DNA of 64,000 nt, from the NCBI GenBank assembly GCA_002269645.1, contig NIVC01001817.1, forward strand, positions 62,001 through 126,000, read 5' to 3'. The first letter of the stretch is position 1. The number at the start of each line of letters is the position of its first letter. The notes below the pieces were generated by a model. It had not been told where the DNA came from. It made no database searches and saw nothing but the letters and a program-made list of their open reading frames with translations. The DNA is from Macrostomum lignano. Its lineage: Eukaryota. The translations under genes and the position numbers were made by a program. Positions 49,980 to 63,760 of this stretch are shown here, piece by piece.

Positions 49980-52900
49980 GGTGACAAATCTAATGGGACA
50001 CAACTGACAGATCTAAATGTGACACAGGTGACAAATCTAAATGTGACACAGGTGACAAATCTAAATGTGACACAGGTGACAAATCTAAATGGGACACAGG
50101 TGACAAATCTAAATGTGACACAGCTGACAGATCTAAATGGGACACAACTGACAGATCTAAATGTGACACAGGTGACAAATCTAAATGGGACACAGGTGAC
50201 AAATCTAAATGGGACACAGGTGACAAATCTAAATGGGACACAGGTGACAAATCTAAATGTGACACAGGTGACAAATCTAAATGTGACACAGGAGACAAAT
50301 CTAAATGTGACACAGGTGACAAATCTAAATGGGACACAGGTGACAAATCTAAATGGGACACAGGTGACAAATCTAAATGGGACACAGCTGACAGATCTAA
50401 ATGTGACACAGGTGACAAATCTAAATGGGACACAGCTGACAGATCTAAATGTGACACAGGTGACAAATCTAATGAGACACAGCTGACAGATCTAAATGTG
50501 ACACAGGTGACAAATCTAAATGGGACACAACTGACAGATCTAAATGTGACACAGGTGACAAATCTAAATGGGACACAGGTGAAAAATCTAAATGTGACAC
50601 AGGTGACAAATCTAAATGGGACACAGGTGACAAATCTAAATGTGACACAGGTGACAAATCTAAATGGGACACAGCTGACAGATCTAAATGTGACACAGGT
50701 GACAAATCTAATGAGACACAGCTGACAGATCTAAATGTGACACAGGTGACAAATCTAAATGTGACACAGGTGACAAATCTAAATGGGACACAGGTGACAA
50801 ATCTAAATGTGACACAGGTGACAAATCTAAATGGGACACAGGTGACAAATCTAAATGTGACACAGGTGACAAATCTAAATGGGACACAGCTGACAGATCT
50901 AAATGTGACACAGGTGACAAATCTAATGAGACACAGCTGACAGATCTAAATGTGACACAGGTGACAAATCTAAATGGGACACAGGTGACAAATCTAAATG
51001 TGACACAGGTGACAAATCTAAATAGGACACAGCTGACAGATCTAAATGGGACACAGCTGACAGATCTAAATGTGACACAGGTGACAAATCTAAATGGGAC
51101 ACAGCTGACAGATCTAAATGGGACACAGGTGACAAATCTAAATGGGACACAGGTGACAAATCTAAATGGGACACAGCTGACAGATCTAAATGGGACACAG
51201 GTGACAAATCTAAATGGGACACAGGTGACAAATCTAAATGTGACACAGGTGACAAATCTAAATGGGACACAGGTGACAAATCTAAATGTGACACAGGTGA
51301 CAAATCTAATGGGACACAACTGACAAATCTAAATGTGACACAGGTGACAAATCTAAATGTGCACAGGTGACAAATCTAAATGTGCACAGGTGACAAATCT
51401 AAATGTGCACAGGAGACAAATCTAAATGTGCACAGGTGACAAATCTAAATGTGCACAGGTGACAAATCTAAATGTGACACAGGTGACAAATCTAAATGGG
51501 ACACAGGTGACAAATCTAAATGTGACACAGGTGACAAATCTAAATGGGACACAGCTGACAGATCTAAATGTGACACAGGTGACAAATCTAATGAGACACA
51601 GCTGACAGATCTAAATGTGACACAGGTGACAAATCTAAATGTGCACAGGAGACAAATCTAAATGTGACACAGGTGACAAATCTAAATGGGACACAGGTGA
51701 CAAATCTAAATGTGACACAGCTGACAGATCTAAATGGGACACAACTGACAGATCTAAATGTGACACAGGTGACAAATCTAAATGGGACACAGGTGACAAA
51801 TATAAATGTGACACAGGTGACAAATCTAAATGTGACACAGGTGACAAATCTAAATGTGACACAGGTGACAAATCTAAATGGGACACAGCTGACAGATCTA
51901 AATGTGACACAGGTGACAAATCTAATGAGACACAGCTGACAGATCTAAATGTGACACAGGTGACAAATCTAAATGGGACACAACTGACAGATCTAAATGT
52001 GACACAGGTGACAAATCTAAATGGGACACAGGTGACAAATCTAAATGTGACACAGGTGACAAATCTAAATGGGACACAGCTGACAGATCTAAATGTGACA
52101 CAGGTGACAAATCTAATGAGACACAGCTGACAGATCTAAATGTGACACAGGTGACAAATCTAAATGGGACACAACTGACAGATCTAAATGTGACACAGGT
52201 GACAAATCTAAATGGGACACAGGTGACAAATCTAAATGTGACACAGGTGACAAATCTAAATGGGACACAGGTGACAAATCTAAATGTGACACAGGTGACA
52301 AATCTAAATGGGACACAGCTGACAGATCTAAATGTGACACAGGTGACAAATCTAATGAGACACAGCTGACAGATCTAAATGTGACACAGGTGACAAATCT
52401 AAATGTGACACAGGTGACAAATCTAAATGGGACACAGGTGACAAATCTAAATGTGACACAGGTGACAAATCTAAATGGGACACAGGTGACAAATCTAAAT
52501 GTGACACAGGTGACAAATCTAAATGGGACACAGCTGACAGATCTAAATGTGACACAGGTGACAAATCTAATGAGACACAGCTGACAGATCTAAATGTGAC
52601 ACAGGTGACAAATCTAAATGGGACACAGGTGACAAATCTAAATGTGACACAGGTGACAAATCTAAATGGGACACAGCTGACAGATCTAAATGGGACACAG
52701 GTGACAAATCTAAATGGGACACAGCTGACAGATCTAAATGGGACACAGGTGACAAATCTAAATGGGACACAGGTGACAAATCTAAATGGGACACAGCTGA
52801 CAGATCTAAATGGGACACAGGTGACAAATCTAAATGGGACACAGGTGACAAATCTAAATGTGACACAGGTGACAAATCTAAATGGGACACAGGTGACAAA

Positions 52901-53870
52901 TCTAAATGTGACACAGGTGACAAATCTAATGGGACACAACTGACAAATCTAAATGTGACACAGGTGACAAATCTAAATGTGCACAGGTGACAAATCTAAA
53001 TGTGCACAGGTGACAAATCTAAATGTGCACAGGAGACAAATCTAAATGTGCACAGGTGACAAATCTAAATGTGCACAGGTGACAAATCTAAATGTGACAC
53101 AGGTGACAAATCTAAATGGGACACAGGTGACAAATCTAAATGTGACACAGGTGACAAATCTAAATGGGACACAGCTGACAGATCTAAATGTGACACAGGT
53201 GACAAATCTAATGAGACACAGCTGACAGATCTAAATGTGACACAGGTGACAAATCTAAATGTGACACAGGTGACAAATCTAAATGGGACACAGGTGACAA
53301 ATCTAAATGTGACACAGGTGACAAATCTAAATGTGACACAGGTGACAAATCTAAATGTGACACAGGTGACAAATCTAAATGTGACACAGGAGACAAATCT
53401 AAATGTGCACAGGAGGCAAATCTAAATGTGACACAGGTGACAAATCTAAATGTGACACAGGTGACAAATCTAAATGTGACACAGGTGACAAATCTAAATG
53501 GGACACAGGTGACAAATCTAAATGTGACACAGGTGACAAATCTAAATGTGACACAGGTGACAAATCTAAATGGGACACAGGTGACAAATCTAAATGTGAC
53601 ACAGGTGACAAATCTAAATGGGACACAGGTGACAAATCTAAATGGGACACAGCTGACAGATCTAAATTTGACACAGGTGACAAATCTAAATGGGACACAG
53701 CTGACAGATCTAAATGGGACACAGGTGACAAATCTAAATGGGACACAGGTGACAAATCTAAATGGGACACAGCTGACAGATCTAAATGTGACACAGGTGA
53801 CAAATCTAAATGGGACACAGCTGACAAATCTAAATGTGACACAGGTGACAAATCTAAATGTGCACAGGAG
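49980..53870. repeat. 24-bp minisatellite (GTGACACAGGTGACAAATCTAAAT), ~3.9 kb, with higher-order duplication
   Basis: Direct inspection; ORF-track blocks recur at +1644 and +1620 bp. Confidence 0.98.
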
Positions 53871-53919
53871 ACTACCTCAACTAACACAGGTGGCACCCCA
53901 TCTGTGATAGCCAACTGAC

Positions 53920-54160
53920 ACGTGACAAACCCCAACTGACAGGTGACAAACCCAGCTGACAGGTGACAACCTCAACTGACTGATGACAACCCCAACTGAC
54001 AGGTGAAAACCCCAACTGACAGGTGAAAACCCCAACTGACAGGTGAAAACCCCAACTGACAGGTGAAAACCCCAACTGACAGGTGAAAACCCCAACTGAC
54101 AGGTGAAAACCCCAACTGACTGGTGACAACCCCAACTAACTGGTGACAACCTAACTGACA
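53920..54160. repeat. 20-bp repeat (CCCAACTGACAGGTGAAAAC)
   Basis: Direct inspection; shares an ACAGGTGA core with the adjacent 24-bp array. Confidence 0.92.
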
Positions 54161-54403
54161 GGATTAATCAGTTTTAATAGCTGTACTTGAACATTCAAAT
54201 TAAGGTACAAGCTCATTTAAGAAGCAATAACTGAACTCTACTAAATTTCAGTTAACATTTGATAATTTTATTAGTCAATACTAAAACACAGGAAAACGAC
54301 GAAAAGCAACATTTACGAAACGACTGTAGCTTATTGTGGCTTAAAAGCGTGCGATTAGTATGGTTCATATGGTGCTGATTTGTCAATTGATTTCTCAACT
54401 CAA

Positions 54404-57400
54404 TCAGTTGGCTGTGCGCGACCGCTGCCACTGCAGTCGGCGGACCCGCTCGCCGCTGCCATTCAACAGCAGCAGCTCCGGGTTCGATTCCTCCTCGTCC
54501 TCCTCGCTGCTGTCTTGGAATTCCTCTTGCCCGACTTCGCTGGCTAACCTGGACACGTGGTGCCGTCTCGCGGAGGCGGCGGCGGCGGCGGAAGTCGACG
54601 CAGCCGAGAACGCGGTTGCTTCGAAGTGCAGGCGGCGTTGCCGGGAGTCGAACTCCAGCCACTGCATCTCCTCCAGCTTGCGAGCCTCGGTCAGCGCTGC
54701 CACCACGGCGTCGTGGTTGGTGAGGTACAGCCGGGCTGGGTTCACCTGACTTGCACCCGGTTTGCTCAGCATGAAGCGGACAGCCGCTCTGGTGTTTGAC
54801 AGGTAAACCGTCACTCCAGCCTCTGAATAGTCTGCTAGCACCCGGTTGAGCATTCGAATGCCAACCTGTTATGCAGGTGCGAAAAAAAACATAGCCAAAA
54901 CAAAAAGTTTTTTCAGAGTCTTTGTAGGTAAGTCTTAAACAGGCGTTTATATTATTGTATGCGAGTCTGAAACGACGGGCGCTTCTATAATGCCTCTTAT
55001 AGAGAGGCATGTGAGGCGTCGTATGTGAGGCTCTATCTTATAGAGTCGTATGTGAGGGGTGCTGGAGTCGCTGTAGAATTACATGTACTGCACCTGCGTC
55101 AATTTATGAGTTAGAATTGCATTTCTTATTTATAACAACACTCTACAAATCACGTGATGCGTTCGCGACTCAACAATCTCCTCTCTGTTGCATTACAGTC
55201 GATTGACCCGTTGAAGAAAGTCACAAGATTCACCCTAGGTCGCTAGAGTCACCAGTGAGTTGTTTGCAATGACTCTATAGTGATTCTTGTCACGGTGACA
55301 TGTCGGAAAGCTCTTATTAAACTTATTAGGAAAAGCTAGGATGCACCGGAACCCGTTGTGTACGTGCTCAGGATTGAGCAGGATTGATATCTCCATGCTG
55401 CCTAGTTGTTTATCAATCATTAGATTATACAAGTCCCTATAACTCACCGAGTCAATGAAGCTGCAGCAAGAGAAGTCCAGAATCACGTGATGCAGACTCG
55501 CTGACGGTCGCAGCGCTCCGTAGTCGACGGTGACACCGCCGCCGCCGCCTCTTCCGCCGGCTCCGTGAAGCGCGGGCATGGCCTCTTCAACTGTGACTCT
55601 CAGCTGGCGCAGATTCCTATTATAGGCCAGACGCTTCAGCGCCAGCTGTCGCGGGTTGCACCCTGTCAGACGGTACAGACTGTCGCGGAAGTGATCAGCT
55701 GATGCGAAGTACAGCGAGCCTTCATATCGAAAAATCTTCACTCCGTCGATTTCGCAAGCGTCGGGCGTCACAGCCAGGTTCTTGTAGATGTCCGTGTGGG
55801 GAATGCGCCCGAGTACGCAGGCGTAGGGCCACTGCGACCGGAACACGATGGTCAGCAGGGAGAAGGCGACACCAATGATGAGCCCCGTGTCCACTTTGAA
55901 GCACACCACAGACACGAACGTCACCATCCACAGCAGGAAGTCGATCTTGCTGACCCGCCACAGCTGGGGCACGTCGCCGAACTGCCAGAGCATGCTCTTC
56001 AAGTTAACCAGAATGATGGCGGACAGAACACAGCTTGGCGTGGTGGAGAAGCACGGCCCGAGGAACAGTATGGTGAGCAGCACCAGGCCGGAGGCGATCA
56101 AATTCGCCACCTGGCTGCGACCGCCTAGTGATTCGTGCAGCGCCGAGCAGGACATTGAACTCGTCGAAGCGAAGCAGCCGGCAAACGAGCCCAGGACGTT
56201 GCCAGCGCCGTAGGCGAAGAACTCCTGATTGGCGTCCAGCTCTGTGTCGTACTGCAAAGCGAACTTCTTAGCCACAGACAGAGCCACAGTGAAGCCCACA
56301 ATGGCCACCACTGCGCAGTCCTGAACCAGGCTGGCGTCCACCGTTGACGTCAGCCGCGGCACCCGGAGCGGTGCGAAGCCGCGGGGCACCGGGCCAACTT
56401 GACCGATGCTCAGGCCATCCAGCTGGCCTGCAGACGCCAGCACGGTTGTCGCAACCACCAGGATGAGCTCGCCAGGCACGGGGACCTGGCAAAAGCGACG
56501 CTCCGACAGTCGAGCGCTGATCAGCTTCGTTAGCGCAAGGAAACCGATGGACACGGCAGACAGACCCACTGTAGGCCAGTTGTAGCTGGGCAGGCTGGCC
56601 AATGCAAAGTACAAAATTTTAAAGTTTCCCAGCGCTCCCGGCGGGGGAGTGGACTTTGGCACTCGAATAGGACAGCCCAGCATGGCTGATAACTGACTAA
56701 TGACCACCTCGACAGCGGCTCCGGTGGTGAAGCCGCCGACCAGAGGATCGCTGAGATAATTTGTGAGCATGCCGAGACGCAGGCAGCCGAATACCAGCTG
56801 ATAGATACCGACAAGCAGCGTTGTCACGGCTACCGCATTCATTATCAACTGCTGATCGAGCAACTCTACGCTAGTGTCAGTATGATTAACACCTGCTAGA
56901 GCTGTTGTCAAATTACTGCCAGATCGTTCCGCGTACCTGAAAGCGGCTTGACCGACCATCAGCGACACAACGCCTTGACAGGTGAGCACCAGATGCGGCG
57001 AAGTTCCCAGCAGACAATAGGTCATGCCGGCAATGAATGCGGTGTACAGTCCATGCACAGGTGACAGATAGGCTAGCAGAGAGTAGGCCATACTCTGGGG
57101 AATTCTCATAACGCCGGTTGACAGTCCAGAGATCAGGTCCTGTGGCAGATGCTGGCGAGGTTGGTAGGTGCGAACGGTGCGCACAAACGGTACAAAACGC
57201 TCAATGAAGGCCAGGCAGCCGCCGCAGCAACCGCCGCCTCCACCGTCGCCGCCGACGCTGGCTGGACGTCCTCGCTCGCCACCAGGTACGAAGACGCTGT
57301 CGATGATGAAGTTCTTTCGCAGCAGGCGCTCTTGCAAAGCGGCCGTCTCTTGATAGGCTGTGTCGAATTTCGCCTGGAAAACGTTTGTGTTACAGACAGG

Positions 57401-58312
57401 GATTGTAATGGATGGCCTGACCGCTTACAGGCTCATTGCTGATGACGAAAATGCCCTGCACCTAGCCTCACGTTGAAAGCATTCGATATCCGAGTGACCA
57501 AAAGTTATCCGAAATGGCTCGCGCGCCTTCTGGGTTTGATCCTTTCTGCTTTCCCATTGGCTGAGCTACTTCAAGTAGATCGAGCTTCTAGGCAGAGTTT
57601 TGTCCTTCTGACTTTGACCTCTCTCCTTACTGCTCTCTCATTGGCTGAGCTAGATTGGGCCTCCCCCTAGGCTAAGTTTCGTCCTTCTGACTTTGACCTC
57701 TCTCCTTACTGCTCTCTCATTGGCTGAGCTAGATTGGGCCTCCCCCTAGGCTAAGTTTCGTCCTTCTGACTTTGACCTCTATCCCTACTGCTCTCTCATT
57801 GGCTGAGCCAGATTGGGCCTCTTCCTAGGCGAAGTTTCGTCCTTCTTGCGTTCACTTGTGTGCATCTAGTTAAAAGCTTGTTGTTTTTCTTAACCCCATA
57901 AGCTTCTGAGACTGCAAACCCCAAGGGAGGAAAGGAAATTTTAGCTGCCACAACATTAAATTCAAGCGACACTGCGCAGACTAACTACTGAAAAGAGTAG
58001 ACGGTCCGCTTTTTCACAACATTAATTTGTGATGTAGATGAGTTGCAAATAAATTGGAAATGTAAGCATGAAAACAGTTGAGGAGGCGAAACTTTACGAT
58101 TTGGACAATATTGTAAATAGATTTACCTGAGAATATACAGGTCGTTTAACCTCCACAACGCCGGAATCAGCAGGACAGGGTGACATTCTATCAAGCATGT
58201 TGTCGCCGGAGACGCCAATTATTGGAGGATCGCCAGCTGGAGTCAGCGAGGACTGAAGCTGTTGAATTTTCTGCTGCTTGCTAGCGCTTGTTGAGACACT
58301 GCTGCGTTGCAT
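54404..58312 (-). CDS. SLC26/SulP anion transporter with STAS domain (prestin/SLC26A5-A6-like), ~857 aa; exons 58312-58127, 57373-55448, 54865-54404
   Basis: VKRPVYSQ|AKFD, DLISGLSTGVMRIPQSMAYSLLA, GFTTGAAV, NQEFFAYG, PDACEIDGVKIFRYEGSLYFAS, HHVILDFSCCSFIDS|VGIRML. Phase-0 GT-AG junctions. The paralogue cannot be assigned from the sequence alone. Confidence 0.93.
57545..57846. repeat. 79-bp tandem repeat (~3.8 copies) in SLC26 intron 1; same family as 22500-22790
   Basis: Shared CTTTGACCTCTCTCCTTACTGCTCTCTCATTGGCTGAGCTAGATTGGGCCT; units at 57608, 57687, 57766. Confidence 0.93.
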
Positions 58313-58699
58313 TGCTATGTTCCGTATTGTTTAGGAAACACAACAAACTGCTCCACGTCTCAAAGATACGGCCAATACCTGGGTGATACAGATGGCTCTG
58401 GCCACGGTATTTAATTACAACGCGTTCACCCCTTAGAATTGGAATCGATCTTTAGCTTCGCTGAAATGTACACCAAGTGTACATTGGCGGTTGGACATAA
58501 TTAGCCAGTCCCAGTGCTAATTACTCAGCCATTTTTTCCGCGCAGTCCCTACTGTGACCTAGTTTGGATCAATTTTTTATACAGAATTCCGACAGTGTGA
58601 AAGTTCTCATGAAGCTTCTGTGCTTTGCTCCATGCATTAATCGAACACAAGATCAGACAAACTTAAATGTCTTCTTAGTAGGAAGCTGCCAATTCTCCT

Positions 58700-59840
58700 A
58701 GAATTCTAGCTACTCTTACTGCTAGAGGTACTTCTTCTGCTCTTACTGCTAGAGTCACTGAGAACTACTCCTACTGCTAGAGTCACTGAGAACTACTCCT
58801 ACTGCTAGAGGTACTTCTGCTCTTACTGCTAGGTCACTGAGAACTACTCCTACTGCTAGAGTCACTGCTACTCTTACTGCTAGAGTCAATGAGAACTACT
58901 CCTACTGCTAGAGTCAATGAGAACTACTCCTACTGCTAGAGTCACTGCTACTCCTACTGCTAGAGTCACTGCTACTCCTACTGCTAGAGTCACTGAGAAC
59001 TACTCCTACTGCTAGAGTCACTGAGAACTACTCCTACTGCTAGAGTCACTGCTACTCCTACTGCTAGAGTCACTGAGAACTACTCCTACTGCTAGAGTCA
59101 CTGCTACTCCTACTGCTAGAGTCACTGAGAACTACTCCTACTGCTAGAGTCACTGAGAACTACCCCTACTGCTAGAGTCACTGAGAACTACTCCTACTGC
59201 TAGAGTCACTGCTACTCCTACTGCTAGAGTCACTGAGAACTACCCCTACTGCTAGAGTCACTGAGAACTACTCCTACTGCTAGAGTCACTGCTACTCCTA
59301 CTGCTAGAGTCACTGCTACTCCTACTGCTAGAGTCACTGCTACTCCTACTGCTAGAGTCACTGCTACTCCTACTGCTAGAGTCACTGCTACTCCTACTGC
59401 TAGAGTCACTGCTACTCCTACTGCCAGAGTCACTGCTACTCCTACGGCTAGAGTCACTGAGAACTACTCTTACTGCTAGAGGTACTTCTACTCTTACTGC
59501 TAGAGTCACTGTTACTCCCTAGCTACTGCTAGAGGTACTTCTACTCTTACTGCTAGAGTCACTGCTACTCCTACTGCTAGAGTCACTGCTACTCCTACTG
59601 CTAGAGTCACTGCTACTCCTACTGCTAGAGTCACTGCTACTCCTACTGCTAGAGTCACTGCTACTCCTACTGCCAGAGTCACTGCTACTCCTACTGCCAG
59701 AGTCACTGCTACTCCTACGGCTAGAGTCACTGAGAACTACTCTTACTGCTAGAGGTACTTCTACTCTTACTGCTAGAGTCACTGTTACTCCCTAGCTACT
59801 GCTAGAGTCACTGAGAACTACTCATACTGCTAGAGTCACT
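58700..59840. repeat. Minisatellite with interspersed 24- and 28-bp units (CTCCTACTGCTAGAGTCACTG(AGAA)CTA)
   Basis: Direct inspection. Confidence 0.96.
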
Positions 59841-60370
59841 TTTCACTGTCTTTATGGCCCTTTCTGTAGATGCTGAATGTTTCATTTCAACTCTAAAAAC
59901 CAAAATAAAAATCGTGCTCATGTTTTTTCTGGATTAAAATTCTCTTCAGAAAACTTCAATATTAGAGTAATTTTCTTCAATCAATATACATGTTAACCCG
60001 CTCGTTACCAGATGTTATTGCAAGCCAATTACTTTAATAGCAATGAATCGATTTTTAACTGGTTTATATTGAAGCCGCAGTCGGTGTTCCCTACTCCTTC
60101 CTGCCGCGTGGATTGCAAGACATTTTGGAGTTGTTCCTAGTTGAGTGGCTCTAACCTGTTGCTTTTAGTAATTAAAAACTTAATGCGTCGTCTTAAACGA
60201 CTTTTGTGCGCAAGGGTGAGCCTTCTGAGTCTCCCTTAGCCACCCAATGCCAAGTAAATTATTGATGCTCAATCAACTGCACGAACCGGGACTTTGCTTC
60301 TCTTGCTAAGCTAAATTTCTGCCTCAACTAGACGTGTTTGATCGTTTGCATTAATCAACTACAGCTTGGT

Positions 60371-60385
60371 GTTGCCCTTGGCAAC
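60371..60385 (+). promoter_or_regulatory. RFX X-box palindrome GTTGCC-CTT-GGCAAC upstream of the PAN/Gly-rich gene
   Basis: Perfect inverted half-sites about 110 bp before the ATG at 60493. Confidence 0.45.
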
Positions 60386-60492
60386 GCTGCACGCTTTCTG
60401 AGAAAACTCTGCGCCGACCGTGTTAACATAAAAGGTGCTTGGGCCCATCTGGGCGGGCTTTATCCCTTCCTGCAGCGAGGTAGTGCAACATC

Positions 60493-63400
60493 ATGGCTTC
60501 ACTGACGCTTCAAGCTCTTTTTGTTCTCAGTTCTCTTCTGTTCCCCTGGCAACCGATTGTCTCCAGCAGCAGCTGCTCCGCCGGGACAGCCTCGCCTACT
60601 CGCCTAAGCTAACTGTGTCTGTCGTGACTCGCCTGTCTGTGAAGAGTCGCCTCGTCTGCGCCTCGCTGTGCAGCCGTGGCGGCACTGCAACTCGCTGCTT
60701 AGCCCTGACCTACAGTCGGCTGAACGGCAACTGCACTTTGTACTTCAATCCGACCAGTTCGACACCGACTGGTTTTGCTTCTGTCAACCAGACGCTCGAG
60801 GCGCTTGCATTAGTCCAGGCGTCGAAGTTTGGTCGGACGTGGCTGATAGCATCGGAATTCCTAACTCGGCTGTTGGCCCATCGGATGCTCTTTGGGCAAA
60901 TGTTTCCGGTGAGTGACGTCAGCGACATGGACAAGCGTCGGTCTATTACTACTCCTTTAGAAAGCTACAAGAGCCAAGCCATGAATAGATAAAATCACCA
61001 GGTTTATTTGCTATCAATTAAGGTTTTTTTAACGAACATCAAAATGTCAAACGTATGCATTCACTATCTATCTCTGTCTGCTAGACTGATTTTAGTGTAT
61101 GGCCTCTCTGCGCCACTCTACTTTATAGTAGAGTCTTCCTGCTGTGGCCCGAATAGCTCGCAGTTGAAAACCAAATTGATTTCTGTTGTCTTTCTATGGT
61201 TTGTCCAAACTGCTAACGGCTGCGCACCGATTTGAAGTATATACTCTTTTCTGTTCTTTTGGTCCCGCTGGGAAAAATTAGCAGCGACGACACATTGACG
61301 ACTGGAGTCGACAGCTACAGGACGATAGCCGTTGTCGATTTTGACCGATTAAACAAAGTCTATTATGTATTATTCATTGCGTCGATTGCATTAGACGATT
61401 AATCACGTTAAATACAAATTAGTTGTAATATTTGTATGAAATTTTAAGCTTAGAAAAAAGTGAAATTAAAAATTCTTAAAGATTAAAGATTTGCGTGCAT
61501 GCGAAAATGCAGATGCACGTTCCTATGCCAGCAGCGAAAGGCCGAGGCCTTAGAAACCACAGGAACAGACAAAGATCGTACTGAATCTACAGATATCAGG
61601 CCTGTGAACTGGTTAATTGGCCTCGTTTTGAGTTTTCAGGCTTCATTTTTAGTGAGGTTTGGCTATATAGACGGCCATTATATAGACGTATAGACAGCCT
61701 AGGAATCAAGCCTAGGAATCAAGGGCTTGTGGGGCGATTCACACCCAGGACAAATCATTCATATCAGCGCCACGTATTTGATTAAAGAGAAACCAGCTGT
61801 TCCATGTGCATTTATAAATTGCATCGAACCATGCTTCTGTATTCTATTAATTTTATTCAGGCGGTTCAACGCCAAGCCGAAACGGAACTGTCTATCAGGT
61901 GACAGTTCCAGTCAGTGGTTGCTATCGCATCTCAGCGTCGGGTGCGGCTGGCGGATCCTGCTATGACTCCAGCGCCAATAAACTGCTTCAAGGCGGCTGG
62001 GGAGCCAGCGTTCGAGGCGACTTCCTACTCTCGGCTGGTCAGAGCGTGGCCCTGCTACCTGGACGAGACGGCACCGCGGCCACGTCGGACGGTGGAATGT
62101 CTGGCGGCGGCGGTGGCGGCGGAGGCGGCAGCTTTGTCTGGCTGCAAACCGCTCATGGTTCGACGTTGCTTCAGCTGCTTGTGGCAGCCGGAGGCGGCGG
62201 CGGTGCGTCGAGTGTGAAAGCGGGTGAGAGAGCCGAATTGGATGGCTAAACTGTGATGGTTTGAATTTATACTTTACCTTGCAGTAAAATCAGTAAAATG
62301 GCATGGCTCGATTCAGAATCTATTTTTTACATGTATGCATCTATTTTTAGCAGTCTTAGCTGACAATAGAGCTTTAATAAAGGCAAAATATTTCAAAATA
62401 TGAACACTGCAGGTCTGCCTTCTATCGAAAGCAATAACAATTTAGCTCTGAAAAATGAAAACCTCTTAACTATGTAATGTATTTATTTCGGAAAAACCTG
62501 ACACCCAAAATTTAAAATTTTCAAAGCAAAAATCAAAGATACCAGCAGATCCTCAATGAGCTTAGGCTTAAAGCATTTGAGCAACCCCCTATAAGCCAAG
62601 CATTTCAGCAATGTCCCCCATGAGCCTTGACATCTCAGCAATGTCCCCCATGAGCCTTGACATCTCAGCAATGTCCCCCATGAGCCTTGACATCTCAGCA
62701 ATGTCCCCATGAGCCTTGACATCTCAGCAATGTCCCCATGAGCCTTGACATCTCAGCAATGTCCCCCATGAGCCTTGACATCTCAGCAATGTCCCCATGA
62801 GCCTTGACATCTCAGCAATGTCCCCATGAGCCTTGACATCTCAGCAATGTCCCCCATGAGCCTTGACATCTCAGCAATGTCCCCATGAGCCTTGACATCT
62901 CAGCAATGTCCCCCATGAGCCTTGGCATCTCAGCAATGTCCCCCATGAGCCTTGACATCTCAGCAATGTCCCCATGAGCCTTGACATCTCAGCAATGTCC
63001 CCCATGAGCCTTGACATCTCAGCAATGTCCCCATGAGCCTTGACATCTCAGCAATGTCCCCCATGAGCCTTGGCATCTCAGCAATGTCCCCCATGAGCCT
63101 TGACATCTCAGCAATGTCCCCCATGAGCCTTGGCATCTCAGCAATGTCCCATGAGCCTTGATCTCAGCAATGTCCCCATGAGCCTTGACATCTCAGCAAT
63201 GTCCCCCATGAGCCTTGGCATCTCAGCAATGTCCCCATGAGAATCTTCTATAATTGACATGGCAACTCTTTCATCGTCGATCTCCAGGCATCAACGCCAC
63301 AGGCGGCATCGACGGCACGCAGTCGGACAGCCTGATGTCCACCCAGGCCGGGCCGGGCGGCGCCAACGGCTCCGCCGGGGCCGCCGGTTCGAGAATCGCC

Positions 63401-63760
63401 GCCGACCGAGCTCGAGGCGGCCCAGGCGCCGGCTGGCTGGGCGCCGCCTCCGCCGCCAGCCTCGTCACCGTCGCTGGCGACGCCATGCCGGGCCTGTCCG
63501 GCAGCCAGAACTGGCTCGGCGGTGGCCCAGGCGGCTTCGACGGCGGCTTCGGTGGCGGCGGCGCCGGTTCAGTCAACGGATCGGCTGGTGGAGGTGGCGG
63601 CTTCTCCGGCGGCGGCTCGGGCGGCGCCTACGCTGATGCCGGAGGCGCTGGAGGCTCGTCGTGCGGCGGCGGCGGGCAGAGCTGCCAGATGATTGGTTCG
63701 GCGAATCCACCGGGCGGCGGTTTGGCCTCGATTTGGTACCTGGGCGTCTCCTGCCCGTGA
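60493..63760 (+). CDS. Probably secreted PAN/apple plus ALK/LTK-type glycine-rich domain protein; exons 60493-60908, 61861-62223, 63288-63760; exon 1 carries apparent frameshifts
   Basis: Signal-like MASLTLQALFVLSSLLFP; PAN-type CASLC...CLALTY...NCTLY; VTVPVSGCYRISASGAAGG, GGGGGGGSFV, LLVAAGGGGG and GGFGGGG...GGGGFSGG hallmarks of the ALK/LTK Gly-rich domain; stop at 63758-63760 with no TM segment. Confidence 0.75.
62630..63240. repeat. 29-30 bp minisatellite (ATGTCCCCCATGAGCCTTGACATCTCAGCA)
   Basis: Direct inspection; variation lies mostly in the C homopolymer. Confidence 0.96.

Noticed and set aside
57420-57465. Possible extra SLC26 mini-exon or start (ATGAGCCT|GTAAGC)
   Set aside because: That ATG is followed by an in-frame stop, and direct joining of 58127 to 57373 already gives the conserved RPVYSQ..F motif.
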